Assembly: GCA_041662065.1 (NCBI GenBank)
Contig: JBAZTE010000008.1
Coordinates: 78,595-142,594 of the forward strand
DNA: 64,000 bases
Direction of reading: 5' to 3'
Source of the DNA: Bacteroidales bacterium
GTDB taxonomy: Bacteria > Bacteroidota > Bacteroidia > Bacteroidales > UBA12481
This document shows, in pieces, positions 62,460 through 64,000 of the stretch. The notes beneath the pieces were generated by a model that worked only from the letters and a program-made list of their open reading frames with translations, was not told the origin of the DNA and searched no databases. Position 1 is the stretch's first letter. Every line of letters starts with the position of its first letter. A program made the translations under genes and the position numbers.

Positions 62460-64000
62460 ATGGGTGGAGAAATCCTGATCTGCTTGGCGGGACTAATCGC
62501 CGGCATTCTGTTTTCATGCGGAATCCCGGACAGTCATTTATTGAATTATTTGCTACCGATTGTGGCGGCCATTCTGGCGTCAATGCTATGGAAACCTGCC
62601 ATATTCAGGCCCGACCGTTATAAATGGCTGGCCTCTTTAACCGGTTTTGCCTGCTTTTTTCTGGCCGGTTGGACCATCACATCCACCAATCGTTTTCAAC
62701 CGGGTGAAATCGGAAGGCAATCCGAAATCGTTGCCAAAATCATCAGCTACCGCGAAGTAACGGATAAAATGGCGCAGCTGGTGGTGGAAGTCAGGCAGGA
62801 GCGTATCGGAAAAGAATGGCAAAAAAGGACCGGCAAAATAGTACTCCTCCTTAAACCTGAACGACCCGTGAGGTTCCGTCCGGGAGATTTATGGCAATTC
62901 GGACCGGTCAAGCTGTCCCGGGTATCGTCCATTCCTTCTAAAAACGGCTTTGTGCCGAGCCGTTACTGGCTTTCGAGAGGGGTAAGGTATGAAGCCCGAC
63001 TATCCGGCGGGATGGGAAACCTGGTCAAGTCCCGCAAACTGCCTTCTCTCCGGATGTTTTTCGCTGGATGGCAGCAGTACCTTGCCAACCGGATCGACGG
63101 CATTAATCTTTCGGCGCCAAGCCGTTCGCTTGTCAAAGCTATGATCCTGGGTGACCGCAGCGACGTTTCAAACACGACCATCACCGATTTTTCGCGCGCC
63201 GGGATCATCCATGTTCTTTCAGTTTCCGGACTACACGTGGGTATTATCTACTTTATCATGTCCTGGATGCTTAAGAAAGTGGTCTTTATCGGCGCCAGGT
63301 TCCGGTCGGTAACTTGTCTGCTGGTGGTATGGCTCTACGCCGGAATCACCGGATTCAGCCCTTCCGCATTGCGGTCAGCCGGAATGATTTCCCTCTTTGA
63401 GTTTGCCAGGATCGGCCGGCGTGGTACGCCGGGCCTTGAAGTTTTAACTGGTACTGCACTGATCCACTGTCTGATAGATCCCTATACGGTATTCAGTGCC
63501 GGTGCCCAAATGTCCTATCTTGCGGTGGCCGGGATCTTTATCTGGAACCCGATATTCAATCCGGTATTGATGAAACATAAACGGGTCCCCGCCTATTTTG
63601 CCGGAACACTGGCCATTTCACTGTCAGCCCAGTGCCTGATCATTCCTGTCCTGCTTTTTTGGTTTGGCTGGTTTCCACTCTATTTTCTGATCGGCAACAT
63701 GATTTTGCTGCCCCTGTTGGTGGCGGGTTTTTACCTGGGACTGTTCATCACGGTTTTGGATTTTCCGGGATGGTCGGTGCAGTTTCTTTGTACAATCATG
63801 GATGCCTTAACCGGTCTGGCCATAAAAGGAGCGGGATGGCTGGGAAACCTGCCGGGAAATCTGGTCAAACCAGATGGGCTGGTATGGACAGATATGGTAC
63901 TGTATTATCTGGTACTGATCTCAGTGAGAACCTACTCTGGTCGTCCTCAACTGCATATTGTCAAGAGGATGCTTGCCGGGGCCGGGATATTGTTAACCGT
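62460..64000 (+). CDS. comEC: ComEC/Rec2-family membrane protein, N-terminal ~513 codons (runs off the window end)
   Basis: My own translation in frame 3 from ATG 62460 has no stop to 64000. It gives MGGEILICLAGLIAGILF...KAMILGDRSDVSNTTITDFSRAGIIHVLSVSGLHVGIIYF..., a competence-domain signature, followed by many TM segments. It is not in the ORF track because it has no stop. The start is uncertain because it abuts the terminator T-run. Confidence 0.8.
   Translation, partial: MGGEILICLAGLIAGILFSCGIPDSHLLNYLLPIVAAILASMLWKPAIFRPDRYKWLASLTGFACFFLAGWTITSTNRFQPGEIGRQSEIVAKIISYREVTDKMAQLVVEVRQERIGKEWQKRTGKIVLLLKPERPVRFRPGDLWQFGPVKLSRVSSIPSKNGFVPSRYWLSRGVRYEARLSGGMGNLVKSRKLPSLRMFFAGWQQYLANRIDGINLSAPSRSLVKAMILGDRSDVSNTTITDFSRAGIIHVLSVSGLHVGIIYFIMSWMLKKVVFIGARFRSVTCLLVVWLYAGITGFSPSALRSAGMISLFEFARIGRRGTPGLEVLTGTALIHCLIDPYTVFSAGAQMSYLAVAGIFIWNPIFNPVLMKHKRVPAYFAGTLAISLSAQCLIIPVLLFWFGWFPLYFLIGNMILLPLLVAGFYLGLFITVLDFPGWSVQFLCTIMDALTGLAIKGAGWLGNLPGNLVKPDGLVWTDMVLYYLVLISVRTYSGRPQLHIVKRMLAGAGILLT

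Overview
The window looks like a Bacteroidota chromosome segment. Supporting signs are T9SS C-terminal sorting domains, a TonB-dependent receptor + DUF4249 pair, TTTG / TAnnTTTG-like promoter boxes, a tmRNA tag reading GESNYALAA, a 287-aa sigma-A and a Rho with a long N-terminal insertion. PFOR and a glycyl-radical enzyme suggest an anaerobe. The window has two parts. (i) 1-48407 holds about 47 genes, all on the minus strand, with accessory-type content: secreted/T9SS beta-propeller proteins, esterases, MBL-fold hydrolases, three MDR quinone-oxidoreductase paralogues, a NifS-rhodanese fusion, a C_GCAxxG_C_C protein, a glycyl-radical enzyme (GRE) + activase behind a TonB-dependent receptor, a cupin-histidine kinase-LytTR operon, an FGE-domain giant protein and a GH36-like glycosidase. 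Base composition here is strongly mosaic. (ii) 48.6-64 kb is housekeeping: ssrA (tmRNA), saccharopine/alanine-dehydrogenase-like gene, cysQ, rpe, rpoD, rho, nifJ (PFOR), pckA, ruvX, def, a TPR lipoprotein and partial comEC, with several families of intergenic hairpin and tandem repeats. The main hunt result is a ~70-nt cis module: two 11-bp direct repeats (CCGCTTATCAC-like, 20-nt period) abutting a Bacteroidota-type -33/-7 promoter. It occurs eight times in full and once without the repeats, always co-oriented at the head of an operon-like gene run between 0.5 and 39.5 kb. One copy lies directly downstream of the only LytTR two-component system in the window. I read this as a previously undescribed LytTR-controlled regulon island for secreted and redox enzymes. 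A second notable item is a GRE whose catalytic Cys loop reads GCVQP instead of the GCVEP of characterised eliminases. I saw no CRISPR array, rRNA, tRNA, transposase or integrase.
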